Origin: an uncultured Gemmatimonadales bacterium
Lineage (GTDB): Bacteria; Gemmatimonadota; Gemmatimonadetes; Gemmatimonadales; GWC2-71-9
Assembly (NCBI GenBank): GCA_963844035.1
Contig: CAWJMT010000003.1
Location: 192,001 to 256,000 of the forward strand
Length of the DNA: 64,000 nucleotides
Reading direction: 5' to 3'
Position numbers and translations under genes: made by a program. Under the pieces are notes generated by a model. That model worked only from the letters and a program-made list of their open reading frames with translations. It had not been told where the DNA came from and ran no database searches. Shown here one piece after another: positions 10,145 through 21,050 of this stretch; positions within the stretch are counted from its first letter, which is position 1; each line of letters begins with the position of its first letter.

Positions 10145-12371
10145 CACTCGCGCTCAATCCCGCCCAGGAGACCGCCGTGCGCCACGGGGAGGGACCACTC
10201 CTCGTGCTCGCCGGCGCCGGTTCGGGGAAGACCCGTGTGCTCACGGCGCGCATCGCGCACCTCATCAAGGAGCGCGGCGTACCCCCCGAGCGGGTATTCG
10301 CGGTCACGTTCACCAACAAAGCAGCGGGCGAGATGCGCACCCGGGTGGCCACGCTGTTGGGCGCCGACCCGCGAGGTCTGTGGATCGGCACCTTCCACTC
10401 GCTCTCGGCGCGCGTTGCTGCGGCGTGAGGCCACCCTGCTGGGCTTCGGGTCCAACTTCACGATCTACGATGCAGACGATTCCGAGTCGCTCACCAAACG
10501 CCTGTTGGAGCAGCGCGGGCTGTCGCCCAAGGACAACCCGCCGCGCGCGGTGCACTCGCTGATTTCGGCCGCCAAGAATCGCATGATCGGGCCGGAGGAA
10601 TTCGCCGCCACGGCGGACGGGCCGCTGGCCCGCGCCGCCGCCGAGGTGTACGCCCTGCTCGGGCCGGCGTTGAAGCAGGCGAACGCGATGGACTTCGACG
10701 ACCTGCTGGCGTTGCCGCTCACGTTGTTCGCGACGGTCCCCGAGCGCCTGGCCTACTGGCAGCGCCGGTTCGAGCACGTGCTGGTGGACGAGTTCCAGGA
10801 CACCAACGCCGCACAGTATCAGCTGGTCAAGCTGCTGGCGGGGACTCATCACAACCTCACGGTGGTCGGCGACGACGACCAGGCGATCTACGGCTGGCGC
10901 GGTGCGGACCCGCGCCACATGCTCACCTTCCAGCGGGATTTCGTGGGCACGACGGTCGTCAAGCTGGAGCACAACTACCGCTCGACGCAGATGATCCTGG
11001 ACGCGGCCAACGGCGTCATTGCCGAGAACGCTGCGCGGCTCGGCAAGACGCTGTTTACCACGCACCCCGGCGGCGAGCGGGTGGTCGTGCTCACCACCGC
11101 TGACGAGCGGGACGAAGCCCAATGGCTCGTGCAGGAATTCGCCCGGAGTGGCGGCGGAGACGGACATTCCGTACGAGGGGATGGCGTTTCTGTATCGGAC
11201 CAACGCGCAGTCCCGCCCGCTTGGAAGAAGCGCTGCGCCACCGCGGCATCCCCTACCGCCTCATCGGAGCGGTCAGCTTCTACGAGCGGCGCGAGGTCAA
11301 GGATCTGCTCGCGTATCTGCGGCTGTTGGTCAATCCGGCGGACGACGAGGCGTTCCTGCGGGTGGTGAATGTCCCGCGGCGAGGGATCGGCGATACGTCG
11401 CTCGACTTGCTGGTGCGGACCGCGACCCAGTGGCGGATGCCACTGGCGGCGGCGGCCGCGGTGGCCGATCGGATCCCGGAGCTACGCCCCAACCTGCGCG
11501 AGGCGCTGCGGGCGGTGGCGGCACTGCTCGCGGGGCTGCGCGAGCATTGGGGCCAGGCCGATCCGGCCACGGTCCTGGAGAAGGTGATCGCGGCCACGGG
11601 CTACGAGCGCTATCTCGCCGATGAGGGGGCGGAGGGGGTGGACCGGCTGGAGAACGTGCAGGAGCTGATTGCGGGCGCGGCGGAGTGGGCCGAGGTCGCG
11701 GTGGCGGGGAACGGCGCCGGAGGGGACGAGCCCGCGACCCTGCTGGAGCGGTACCTGACGCAGGTGGCGCTGGTGACGCCGGCCGACGGCGGGGCGGACG
11801 CGCCGGGCGGAGTGTCCTGATGACCGTCCACATGGCCAAGGGGCTCGAGTGGTCGCTGGTGGCGTTGACCGGTCTCGAGGACGGGCTATTCCCGCTGAGT
11901 CGCTCGGTGGGCGTCCCGGGTGGGGTGGAGGAGGAACGCCGGTTATGCTACGTGGGCCTCACGCGCGCGCGCGAAAAATTGTATCTCTCATGGGCGCGAA
12001 CCCGCTACCGGCACGGCCGGCTGGAGCTGTCGGAGCCGTCGCGCTTTCTCGAATCCGTTCCGGCCGGCGTGATCGAGGAAAAGGGCACGAGTGTGCGGTG
12101 GGATCGCCCGATGCGCGGGCGGCCATCCGCGGCGCGCGCTGGCGACGTGAGTTGGGACGAAGAGCCGTCAGATGAGCCGTCACAGGATGCGCCCCGCTAC
12201 GCGAACGGAGAGCGGGTGCGCCATCGGAAGTTCGGTGCCGGAGTGGTTCGTGCCGTCGCGGGATCGGGGCGGGCGCTCAAGGTGACCGTGGAGTTCGACG
12301 CCCCCGACATCGGAACCAAACAGCTGCTCGTGGCCTATGCCGGCCTCGAGCGGGAGTGGGAGAGTGCATGA
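10141..12371 (+). CDS. pcrA: UvrD/PcrA ATP-dependent DNA helicase (about four indels)
   Basis: [62 protein letters not shown] and C-terminal HRKFG, spread over four ORF pieces. Confidence 0.92.
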
Positions 12372-12680
12372 GCGTATCGCGTGAGGACGTGTTGAAGATC
12401 GCCCAGCTGGCGGAGCTCGAGGTCGACGAGGCCACGCTGCCCGCGCTCGCGGACCAGATGTCGCGCATCCTCGACTACGTGGCGCAGATCAGCGGCGTCG
12501 CGGCGAGCGAGACGGTGAAGCCGTTCATTCCGGGACCCGACGCGCTGCCGGTTCCGGGCCGACGAGGTGAAGCCGATTCCCCTCGCCTTCGGCCCCGACA
12601 CGTTTGCGCCCGCATTCAAGGAGGGATTCTTTCTCGTGCCGAAGCTCGGGCAGTTTGAGGGAGCGGAGGGCGACGAGTGA
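12368..12680 (+). CDS. gatC: Asp/Glu-tRNA amidotransferase subunit C (frameshift near 12550)
   Basis: [17 protein letters not shown], then FRADEV...GFFLVPK in the next frame; directly upstream of gatA. Confidence 0.88.
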
Positions 12681-14065
12681 GCGACACGAGCGACGCTCTC
12701 GCGAGCGCGAAGGCGGCGGCCGATCGCATCGTGAAGGCCAAGCGGCTCAACGCATGCCTGACGCCGCCCAAGGAACTGCGAAGCTCGTTGCTGCGGCAGG
12801 CGCAGACCGCGCATCCCTCCGGCGTGCTGTACGGCATGCCGGTGGCCGTCAAGGACAACATCTGCACGCTCGAGTTTACGACCACGTGCGGGTCCAAGAT
12901 CCTCGAGGGCTACCGCTCGCCCTACGAAGCGACCGCGATCACCAAGCTGAAGGCCGCGGGGGCGTTGATCGCCGGCAAGGCGAACTGCGACGAGTTCGCC
13001 ATGGGGTCGTCCACCGAGCATTCGGCGTACGGCCGCACGGTGCACCCGATGGACAAGGCGCGCGTGCCGGGCGGTTCGTCCGGCGGCTCGGCCGCGCTCG
13101 TCGCCGCCGGCGCGGTCCCCGCGGCGCTCGGCTCCGAGACCGGCGGATCGGTCCGCCAGCCGGCGTCGTTCTGCGGCGTCGTCGGCATCAAGCCGACGTA
13201 CGGCCGCGTGTCCCGGTCGGGACTGGTGGCGTTCGGCTCGTCGCTCGATCAGATCGGCGTGGTCGGACGCAGCGTCCACGATGCGGCGCGCGTGCTGTCG
13301 GTGATCAGCGGACGCGACCCCCGCGATGCGACCTGCGAGGACCGCGATCCGCTCCGCCTCCCGACGGTGCCCGAGTCGCTGCAGGGGTTCGTGATCGGGG
13401 TGCCCAAGGAATATTTCCCGGCGGATCTCGATCCGGGCGTGCGGCGGGCGTGCGATCGCGCGCTGCGCTTGCTGCGCGAGCTGGGCGCCGCCGTGCGCGA
13501 GGTCTCGCTGCCGCACACCGCCTATGCCGTCCCGACCTACTACATCATCGCGCCGGCCGAAGCCTCGTCGAACCTCGCGCGCTACGACGGGGCGCGCTAC
13601 GGCCCCCGGTTCAACGGCAGCACGGACGTGCAGGCGCTGTACCGGCACACGCGCGGGGAGGGATTCGGGGCGGAAGTGCAGCGCCGCATTCTCGTGGGCA
13701 CGTACGTGCTCTCCTCCGGCTACTACGACGCGTACTACCGCAAGGCGCAGCAGATGCGGGCGTTGATCGCCCAGGACTTCCGCAACGCCTTCGACCGGGG
13801 AGTCGATTTGCTCTTCACGCCCACCACGCCGACTCCCGCGTTCAAGGCCGGCGAGAAAACCGCTGACCCCGTCGCCATGTACCTCTCCGACGTCTACACC
13901 GTGACGGCGAACCTCGCCGGGCTTCCGGCGCTTTCGCTGCCGGTCGGCCGGATCAAGGGATTGCCGATCGGCGGGCAGTTCATCGGCCAGGCGTTCCTCG
14001 AGGACGAAATGCTCGAGGCTGCGTACGCGCTCGAGCGCGTCGTGCCCGCCGGGGAGGAGGTCTGA
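12677..14065 (+). CDS. gatA: Asp/Glu-tRNA amidotransferase subunit A
   Basis: Amidase signature VKDNI, DEFAMGSS, PGGSSGGS, GSETGGSVRQP, SSNLARYDG. Confidence 0.96.
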   Translation: MSDTSDALASAKAAADRIVKAKRLNACLTPPKELRSSLLRQAQTAHPSGVLYGMPVAVKDNICTLEFTTTCGSKILEGYRSPYEATAITKLKAAGALIAGKANCDEFAMGSSTEHSAYGRTVHPMDKARVPGGSSGGSAALVAAGAVPAALGSETGGSVRQPASFCGVVGIKPTYGRVSRSGLVAFGSSLDQIGVVGRSVHDAARVLSVISGRDPRDATCEDRDPLRLPTVPESLQGFVIGVPKEYFPADLDPGVRRACDRALRLLRELGAAVREVSLPHTAYAVPTYYIIAPAEASSNLARYDGARYGPRFNGSTDVQALYRHTRGEGFGAEVQRRILVGTYVLSSGYYDAYYRKAQQMRALIAQDFRNAFDRGVDLLFTPTTPTPAFKAGEKTADPVAMYLSDVYTVTANLAGLPALSLPVGRIKGLPIGGQFIGQAFLEDEMLEAAYALERVVPAGEEV

Positions 14066-15501
14066 TGCCTCCCTCGACCGGGTGGGAGACCGTCATCGGG
14101 CTCGAGACGCACGTGCAGCTGGGCACGGCGACCAAGATGTTCTGCGGGTGCTCTGCAGCGTTCGGGGCGCGCCCCAACACCAACGTCTGCCCGGTATGCC
14201 TGGGGCTCCCGGGCGCCCTGCCGGTGCCGAACGAGATGGCGGTCAAGCTCGCGACGCGGGCGGCCCTCGCGCTCGGGTGCACCGTGCACGGCCGCAGCAT
14301 CTTCGCGCGCAAGAACTACTTCTATCCGGACCTCCCCAAGGGATACCAGATCTCGCAGTTCGAGAGCCCGCTCGCGACCGACGGGTCGGTCTCGTATCTG
14401 TCGCCCGACCGCGGCGTCGTCACGGCGACCATCGGGCGCCTGCATATGGAGGAGGACGCGGGGAAGTCGCTGCACGACCGCTTCCCGAAGCACACCGCGG
14501 TGGATCTGAACCGCTGCGGCGTACCGTTGATCGAGATCGTGACCGGTCCCGATTTCCGATCGGCGCCGGAGGCGCGCGCCTACCTGCTCACGCTCAAACA
14601 GGTGCTCGAGTACGCCGGCATCTCCGAGTGCGACATGGAGAAGGGCAGTCTGCGCGTGGACGCGAACGTCTCGATCCGGCGCATGGGGGAGACCGTCCTC
14701 GGCACGAAGACCGAGCTCAAGAACATCAACTCGTTTGCGTACGTCGAAAAGGCGCTGGTGGTCGAGCGGGACCGGCAGGTGGCGTTGATCGAGTCCGGTG
14801 GCACGGTGGTGCAGCAGACGATGCTGTACGACTCCAAGACCAACGAAGTCCGTGCGCAGCGCCTCAAGGAAGAGAGCCACGACTACCGCTATTTCCCGGA
14901 TCCCGACCTGCCGCCGCTCGTGCTGCGCCCCGAGTTCATCGCGGAGCAGCAGACGCAGCTGCCGGAGCTGCCGGCGCGCAAGCGCGAGCGGTTCGTCGCC
15001 GAGTACGCGCTCAGCGTGAACGACGCCGCGGTGCTGACGGCGGAGCGCGCGGTGGCCGAGTACTACGAAAAGGTCGCCGGAGCGGGAGCGGAGCCCAAGG
15101 CGGCGGCAAACTGGGTGATGGGCGAGGTGCTGGCCGATGCGAAGGATCACGGAGAGCGGTTGCGCGTGCAGCCGGGCGCGCTCGCCCAGCTGATCGCCCT
15201 CGTCAAGGGAGGCACGGTCTCGCATCAGGCCGCGAAACGGGTGTTTGTGGAGCTGGCGGAGCACGGCGGCGAACCGCGCACGGTCGCTGAGGCGCTCGGC
15301 CTGGTACAGGTGGCCGACTCGGGCGTGCTTGCGGGCTGGGTCAACGACGTATTGGGCGCCCATACGGCGGAGGTCGGCCGTTACAAGGGCGGTGAGACCA
15401 AGCTGCTGCAGTTCTTCGTGGGGCAGGTGATGAAGACGTCGCGCGGTAAGGCCGATCCGAAGCTGACGCAGCGCCTGTTGGAGGAGCGGCTTGCTTCCTA
15501 G
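14065..15501 (+). CDS. gatB: Asp/Glu-tRNA amidotransferase subunit B
   Basis: IGLETHVQL, RKNYFYPDLPKGYQISQ, HMEEDAGK, YRYFPDPDL. Confidence 0.97.
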   Translation: MPPSTGWETVIGLETHVQLGTATKMFCGCSAAFGARPNTNVCPVCLGLPGALPVPNEMAVKLATRAALALGCTVHGRSIFARKNYFYPDLPKGYQISQFESPLATDGSVSYLSPDRGVVTATIGRLHMEEDAGKSLHDRFPKHTAVDLNRCGVPLIEIVTGPDFRSAPEARAYLLTLKQVLEYAGISECDMEKGSLRVDANVSIRRMGETVLGTKTELKNINSFAYVEKALVVERDRQVALIESGGTVVQQTMLYDSKTNEVRAQRLKEESHDYRYFPDPDLPPLVLRPEFIAEQQTQLPELPARKRERFVAEYALSVNDAAVLTAERAVAEYYEKVAGAGAEPKAAANWVMGEVLADAKDHGERLRVQPGALAQLIALVKGGTVSHQAAKRVFVELAEHGGEPRTVAEALGLVQVADSGVLAGWVNDVLGAHTAEVGRYKGGETKLLQFFVGQVMKTSRGKADPKLTQRLLEERLAS

Positions 15502-16116
15502 ATGACGGCAGCACACCCTAACGCGCGGCTGGAAGCGCTCTGCGATGGCGTCTTCGCAATCGCGCTGACGTTGTTGATTCTCGAAGTCAAACTTCCTCCC
15601 ACGGAGAGCGTTGCCGGTACCGCCGCGTTGTGGCGGGCACTGCGGCATTTGGCTCCAGCGATATTCGCGTTCGTCTTGAGCTTCGGGATTATCCTCATCA
15701 CCTGGGTGAATCACCGCGCCACACTGAACCTGGTGAACAACTCATCCGCGGCGTTCATCTATGCGAATGGGTTCTTGTTGCTCACGGTTGTGTGTATGCC
15801 CTTTCCGACGGCGTTGCTCGGCGAATTCCTTTTTACCGACCACGCCGCTCCCGCAGTGGTACTCTACGTCGCGGTCCTGGCGGTTCAAGCGATCGGCTGG
15901 ATCCTGGTAACCGGCGCGGCACTGAAGGACCAACTTGCCACGGGCGTGCGATCAGCGTCGACGCTGCGTGACAACAAGCGAAACGGATATTTTGCGTTCG
16001 CGCTCTATGCTGTGCTTGCCGTGACGGCGCTCTGGTTTCCTCTCGTCATTGCCGTCATCACCATGCTGTCCTGGATCTTCTGGTTGGTGCTGAGCATTCG
16101 CATGAAGCACGCATGA
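15502..16116 (+). CDS. TMEM175-family (DUF1211) membrane protein, putative K+ channel
   Basis: RLEALCDGVFAIALTLL in TM1, WVNH and PFPT motifs, about six TM helices. Confidence 0.83.
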   Translation: MTAAHPNARLEALCDGVFAIALTLLILEVKLPPTESVAGTAALWRALRHLAPAIFAFVLSFGIILITWVNHRATLNLVNNSSAAFIYANGFLLLTVVCMPFPTALLGEFLFTDHAAPAVVLYVAVLAVQAIGWILVTGAALKDQLATGVRSASTLRDNKRNGYFAFALYAVLAVTALWFPLVIAVITMLSWIFWLVLSIRMKHA

Positions 16117-16469
16117 GTGCGATGCCGGCCGCCGTCCGGTACGGTCTCGGCTTGCTGGCTATCGCGCTGGTAGTCAGGGTGGTCACGATGGCGGGCACAG
16201 GCAGGAGCCCGTTCATGGCGCTGGCCGCACTGCTCATTACCGGAAGCCTGCTGATTACGGCTGCTCGACGGCGGAACTGGGCACGTATCGCCCTCGTCCT
16301 CCTTGTTGTCGTCGGCGTCGCATTCAATACGATGTCGCTCCCGATTGAGCTTGACCAGGATCGCCTCGCAGCGACCTCGAGCGTGGTACAGTCGATCCTT
16401 CAGGCTTGCGGCGTGATTCTCCTGCTTCGCCAGAGCTCCGTGAGGTGGTACAGCGCTTCCCAACAATAG
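16113..16469 (+). CDS. Hypothetical four-TM membrane protein
   Basis: ATGA overlap with the previous gene; hydrophobic segments; RRRNWAR loop. Confidence 0.65.
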   Translation: MSAMPAAVRYGLGLLAIALVVRVVTMAGTGRSPFMALAALLITGSLLITAARRRNWARIALVLLVVVGVAFNTMSLPIELDQDRLAATSSVVQSILQACGVILLLRQSSVRWYSASQQ

Positions 16470-16478
16470 ATTTCCTTC

Positions 16479-17036
16479 ATGGCCACCCAGTACTACACCG
16501 CCTCCAGTCTCGATGGCTTCATCGCCACGACCGATCACTCCCTGGAATGGCTCTTCTCCCTCGGCGACGTCGCGGACACCAGCTATCCAACGTTCATCAC
16601 TCAAGTGGGCGCGCTGGCGATGGGATCGTCCACGTACGAGTGGATGCTGCGACATGTGGTCGGCCCGGAGGCCGACCACCCGGAGCCCTGGCCCTACCAG
16701 CAGCCGACGTGGGTATTCAGCTCTCGAGCGCTGCCGGCTGTTCCAGGAGCCAACCTTCACTTTGTGCGTGGAGACGTTCGGCCAGTCCACGATTGGATGC
16801 GAAAGGCCGCGGGCGAGAAAAACATCTGGCTGGTCGGGGGTGGACACCTGGTGGGGCAATTCTACGACCAGGGGTTGCTGGACGAGATCTTCGTGCAGGT
16901 CGGGTCGGTGATCCTTGGTGCCGGTCGGCCGCTGCTTCCCCGTGCCATTATCAAGCCGGCGCTGCGGCTCCTCTCCGTGCGGTCCGTTGGGACCGGATTC
17001 GCCGAGCTGCACTACGCGGTTCCGCCACGGCCCTAG
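16479..17036 (+). CDS. Dihydrofolate reductase / RibD C-terminal family protein
   Basis: ASSLDGFIA, MGSSTYE, IWLVGGG, GLLDE, LGAGRPL. Confidence 0.88.
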   Translation: MATQYYTASSLDGFIATTDHSLEWLFSLGDVADTSYPTFITQVGALAMGSSTYEWMLRHVVGPEADHPEPWPYQQPTWVFSSRALPAVPGANLHFVRGDVRPVHDWMRKAAGEKNIWLVGGGHLVGQFYDQGLLDEIFVQVGSVILGAGRPLLPRAIIKPALRLLSVRSVGTGFAELHYAVPPRP

Positions 17037-17973
17037 GTCGGCTCCTCAACCAACCGGGCCTCCCTTCCAGGGTCGCTGCGCCCGCGACTGCCTGCCAGTA
17101 GCTGAGCGACCCCGGGGGCAACCCGAAGTGCCCCTCGGCCGTTTCTGCTAGCCGCTCGGGAGCCCCACGCGCCCCGTCGCCCAGCGCGTGGCGGCGCATG
17201 CGCTTTGCGAGCCCGAGCGCCTGTGTGCCCGCGGGATCGAGGCGGCGCGCCGCGGAGTCGGTCTGTCCCAACGTCTCCATCACATACTCGAACGCCACGG
17301 CCATCTGCCGGTCGACTTCCGAGTCGGCGAGATCCCAGCGACTGGAGTCGCGCAGCGTCTGGAACACCCATTGCCAGCTCTGGCTGTCGGTCAGGTGCAC
17401 CATGCCGCGAAACAGCCGCCGGCTGGTCCGCACGCTGAACAACGTGGGCGAGATAATGCCGTCGAGGTGGGCGTCGCTCGCGCCGTGGTCCCGAAGGATC
17501 ACCTCCTTGGCGGTGGCCGAGTACGCGTCGCCGAGGTGCGTCTCGAACCGGCTCTCCCAGTACGAATGGCCGATCGCGGTCGTCGTGGTGGTCAGCACGA
17601 GTTGTCGCGGCACGAAGAAGTTGTGCGCCACCGTGTCGGCGGCGAGGTGCGACAGGTAGCCGAGCCCGAAGGCGCGCAGCGGATCGGTGGGCGCGAGGTC
17701 GAATATTTCCTGGCCCACGTGCCAGGCGTGGCAGTGGCGGCCCACCGGCGCGTATTTCTTGGCGAGGGACGTATCGGCCGCGATGTTGCCGTACAGGAAG
17801 TCGTACGGGAAGGTCCGGAGCAGGTCGGCGATGGCGGTCGGCAGCTGGTGCAGATTCGCGAGCGCCGACTCGCCGAGGAAGATGTGCGTGCCGGGCGTCC
17901 AGGCGTGCGCGACGCCCGGGAGCAGCGCCAGCGCGATCACCGCGGCGCCGGCAGGGACCACCCAGCGCTTCAG
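17033..17973 (-). CDS. Zinc-dependent phospholipase C family protein (3' end uncertain, probable indel)
   Basis: Signal peptide then AHA-WTPGTH, GNIAAD, GYLSHLAADTVAH and HSYWE zinc ligands. Confidence 0.82.
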
Positions 17974-18388
17974 CGTTTCTTGCGTCCGCGCTTCAGGCGC
18001 TCGCGGCCCCAGTCGATCAGGGAGATGCTGCGGAGCAGCATGCGAACCGTGGCGGCGAGGTCGATCACGGTCGCCTGAACCGATCCCTGCACCCCGCCCA
18101 GCAGCGCATTGACCTGGACCAGGCGGGCTTCGGCGGCGTCGGCGGCTTTCAGGATGCGCCCGCGCACGTCGCGGGACGTTGCCGTCACCGCCTCCACCTC
18201 GGTGCGAACCGTGGCGATGACCTGCCGCACGTCATCGAGGGCGGGGCCCGCGAGCTGCTGCAGCGCGCGCAGCTGCCGCTCGCATGCCCAGCGCAACGCC
18301 CCACGATCGCCGCGGCGACGGAGAGCGCCGAGAGCGCGATGATGGCGAGCGACAGCGCCGTGACGACCCCTACCCATGTTGGCATCAT
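17970..18388 (-). CDS. Hypothetical TM + coiled-coil protein (DUF948-like; frameshift near 18300)
   Basis: N-terminal TM (MMPTWVGVVTALSLAII) and helical C-terminal part lie in adjacent frames. Confidence 0.6.
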
Positions 18389-18393
18389 TTGCC

Positions 18394-19641
18394 TCAGTCC
18401 CGGTCCGGATCGGACCTAAGCTCCACTGCGGGAATGCCTGCTGTCAACCGTGGCGGCGCAGCAGCAAGGCGCATCACGGCCGGCGCGACCGCCTGAGTGA
18501 GGACAACGCCGAGCGCGATCGTCGTCAGCACCGCGCCCCCGCGTGCCGCGGGCGAGTGAAAACCCGAGGCCGAGCGCGAGCGCCGAGGCGCCCTGCGCGA
18601 CGCTCGCGAGTCCGGCGATCGACGGCAGCGCCGCCGCCGGGAGATAGCCGAGGCCCGATCGGACCGTGCCCCACTGCACGATGACGCGCAGCGCCGCCAG
18701 GACGGGCGCGGCGGCCAGCACCCAGAACGTCGGCAGCGTGAGGGCCGCGCCCACCAGCACGAACAGCAGCTCGTACGACGGGCGGGCCCAGGCCGCGAGC
18801 AGCGCCGCGCACCTGGTGGCGATGGGGCGAGCGATTGACGATGACGGCGACCGCCAGCCCGCACACCACGAACGGCGACAGGTCGGCGGCGTACCCCAGG
18901 CCCGCTCCGAACAGTAGCACCGCGATGAGCGCCACCCCGAGGTCGGACTGCTCGCGTGCCAACCGCGAGACGCCCAGGAACAGCATTGCCGACGAGCGCG
19001 CCGGCCGCGACCTCCAGCACCAGCGCGACGATCCAGCCGGGCACGAACCCCGCCACGCGCGGGTGCTGCCATCCGAGCGCGATCGCGCATACCAGCGCGC
19101 CCCACGCCGCGTTGAGCAGCGCCACGCGGCGGAGCGAGCGGGCCAATCGCGGCGCCAGCCCCGCGGCCCGTGCCGCCCGTTCCATCGCGCCCGCCCCCGG
19201 AATCACGGCGACGGCGCCGAGGGTGAGTGCGGCGGGCACGCGCGGGGTCCACGCCGCCGCCAGCGCCGGCACGAGCTTCGTGCCGAGCCAGGCTGTCAGG
19301 AACCCGATGCCCACACCGGCGACCGCCTGTGCCGCGACGACGCCCCAGGTCTCCGGCCGGACGCGGCGCACCATGCGCCAGTCCCAGCGCGCGCCCAGAC
19401 GCGCGCCCACCCATCCGACCACCAGGGCCGAGACGGGTGCCAGCGCGGTGAGTGCGGCGCGGTCGAGCAGTCCGGCGACGGGCCCAAGCACCAGGCCCAG
19501 GAGCAGCAGCGGCATGCCGCTGGCGTAGAGCAGTTGAAGCGTGGGGGAGCGCGGTGTCGGCAGGGGGCGAAGTCGCGTCGCGAGCAGGCCGGCGATGGAA
19601 AGAAGCGCGAGCGCGACGGTCGAAGTCATCGCGCCAAACAT
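18394..19641 (-). CDS. Multi-pass membrane protein, cation:proton antiporter-like (frameshifted)
   Basis: LLLGLVLGP and many TM segments across ORFs 18394-20370, 18525-18986 and 18416-20884. Confidence 0.6.
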   Translation of the reverse strand: MFGAMTSTVALALLSIAGLLATRLRPLPTPRSPTLQLLYASGMPLLLLGLVLGPVAGLLDRAALTALAPVSALVVGWVGARLGARWDWRMVRRVRPETWGVVAAQAVAGVGIGFLTAWLGTKLVPALAAAWTPRVPAALTLGAVAVIPGAGAMERAARAAGLAPRLARSLRRVALLNAAWGALVCAIALGWQHPRVAGFVPGWIVALVLEVAAGALVGNAVPGRLAVGTRAVRPRGGAHRGATVRSGPGVRRRPVAVRGVRAGGRRHRQSLAPSPPGARRCSRPGPARRTSCCSCWWARPSRCRRSGCWPPRPSWRRCASSCSGARSDRASAISRRRRCRRSPDSRASRRAPRRSRSASGFHSPAARGGAVLTTIALGVVLTQAVAPAVMRLAAAPPRLTAGIPAVELRSDPDRD

Positions 19642-19690
19642 GCGCGCACGCTTGACGCGAGCGCAAGCCGCGCCGTAGGTTGGGCGCACG

Positions 19691-21007
19691 ATGTCCTCGA
19701 CGTTTTTGGTGTCCGGCGGACGAGCGCTCAAGGGAACGGTGCGGCTCTCGGGCAACAAGAACGCCGCCCTCCCGATTCTCGCGGCCACACTGCTGGCCGA
19801 CGGCCCCTGCCGCATCGACAACGTGCCCCGGATTCGCGACGTGCTCACGATGATCGAGCTGCTCGAGCACCTCGGCGCCGTCGTGCGGTGGACCGGCCCC
19901 AACACGGTGGAAGTCGACGCATCGCGCGCGGAGCCGCGCGAGATCGATCCCGCCCTCTCCGCCCGGATCCGCGCGTCCATTCTGCTCGCGGGCCCGATGC
20001 TGGCGCGCTTCGGTCGGGTCACCTTGCCGCCGCCCGGCGGCGACGTGATCGGGCGGCGGCGCGTGGACACGCATTTCCTCGCCCTCGAGCAGCTCGGCGC
20101 CGAGATCACGGTCGGGAACGCGTACACGCTCGAGGGCAAGCTCACCGGGGCCGACATCTTTCTCGACGAGCCCAGCGTCACCGCCACCGAAAACGCCCTG
20201 ATGGCGGCCGTCGCCGCGCGTGGCACGACCGTGTTGCGCAACGCCGCGTGCGAGCCGCACGTCCAGGATCTGGCGCAGTTTCTCGTGGGCTGCGGGGCGC
20301 GCATCGACGGCATCGGCACGAACACGGTGACCGTGGACGGTGGGGCGCCGCTCGGCGCCGCTGCGTACACGATCGGCCCCGACTACATCGAGATCGGCTC
20401 GTTCATCGGGCTCGCCGCGGTCACCAACGGCGCCATCACCATGGAGGGCGTGCGGGCGAGCGACCTGCGCGCCACCCTGCTCGCGTTCGAGCGCCTGGGC
20501 GTGCATCCGCGGCTCGACGGAACCCAGCTCATCGTGGACGCCGATCAGGAGCGCCGCATCCGCACGGATCTCGGCGGTCACGTTCCCAAGCTCGAGGACG
20601 GGCCCTGGCCGGCGTTCCCGGCCGATCTCATGTCCATCGCCATCGTGGTCGCCACGCAGTGCGATGGATTGCTGCTCGTGTTCGAGAAGATGTTCGAATC
20701 CCGGCTGTTCTTCGTCGACAAGCTTATCGGGATGGGGGCGCGCGTCGTGTTGTGCGATCCGCACCGCGCGGTGATCGCCGGTCCCTCGCCGCTGCGCGGT
20801 CAGGTGGTCGAGAGTCCCGACATCCGTGCCGGTATGGGCATGCTCCTCGCCGCCCTCGCGGCGCAGGGAGACTCCGTGATCCACAACATCGGGCAGATCG
20901 AGCGTGGCTACGAGCGCATCGACGAGCGGTTGCGGGCGCTGGGGGCGTTGATCGAACGGCGAGATGATGGGCCGGAAGGGAAGGCGGGCAGGCGGGCCAG
21001 CGACTAG
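19691..21007 (+). CDS. murA: UDP-N-acetylglucosamine 1-carboxyvinyltransferase (Asp in place of the active-site Cys)
   Basis: SGNKNAALP, RASILL, PGGDVIGRR, SVTATEN, PDIRAG, IERGYE. Confidence 0.96.
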   Translation: MSSTFLVSGGRALKGTVRLSGNKNAALPILAATLLADGPCRIDNVPRIRDVLTMIELLEHLGAVVRWTGPNTVEVDASRAEPREIDPALSARIRASILLAGPMLARFGRVTLPPPGGDVIGRRRVDTHFLALEQLGAEITVGNAYTLEGKLTGADIFLDEPSVTATENALMAAVAARGTTVLRNAACEPHVQDLAQFLVGCGARIDGIGTNTVTVDGGAPLGAAAYTIGPDYIEIGSFIGLAAVTNGAITMEGVRASDLRATLLAFERLGVHPRLDGTQLIVDADQERRIRTDLGGHVPKLEDGPWPAFPADLMSIAIVVATQCDGLLLVFEKMFESRLFFVDKLIGMGARVVLCDPHRAVIAGPSPLRGQVVESPDIRAGMGMLLAALAAQGDSVIHNIGQIERGYERIDERLRALGALIERRDDGPEGKAGRRASD

Positions 21008-21050
21008 CCATGCACCAGACCCACCCGCCCGCCCGCCTCCCCGCCTTCCC
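20978..21050. repeat. 20-bp inverted repeat of GC octamer units spanning the murA/pgeF junction
   Basis: GGGAAGGCGGGCAGGCGGGC (20978-20997) pairs with GCCCGCCTCCCCGCCTTCCC (21031-21050) at 19 of 20 positions. Confidence 0.8.

Noticed and set aside
8851..10428. Histidine kinase-UvrD fusion
   Set aside because: The kinase C-terminus continues in another frame and stops at 10144; the helicase starts at 10141.
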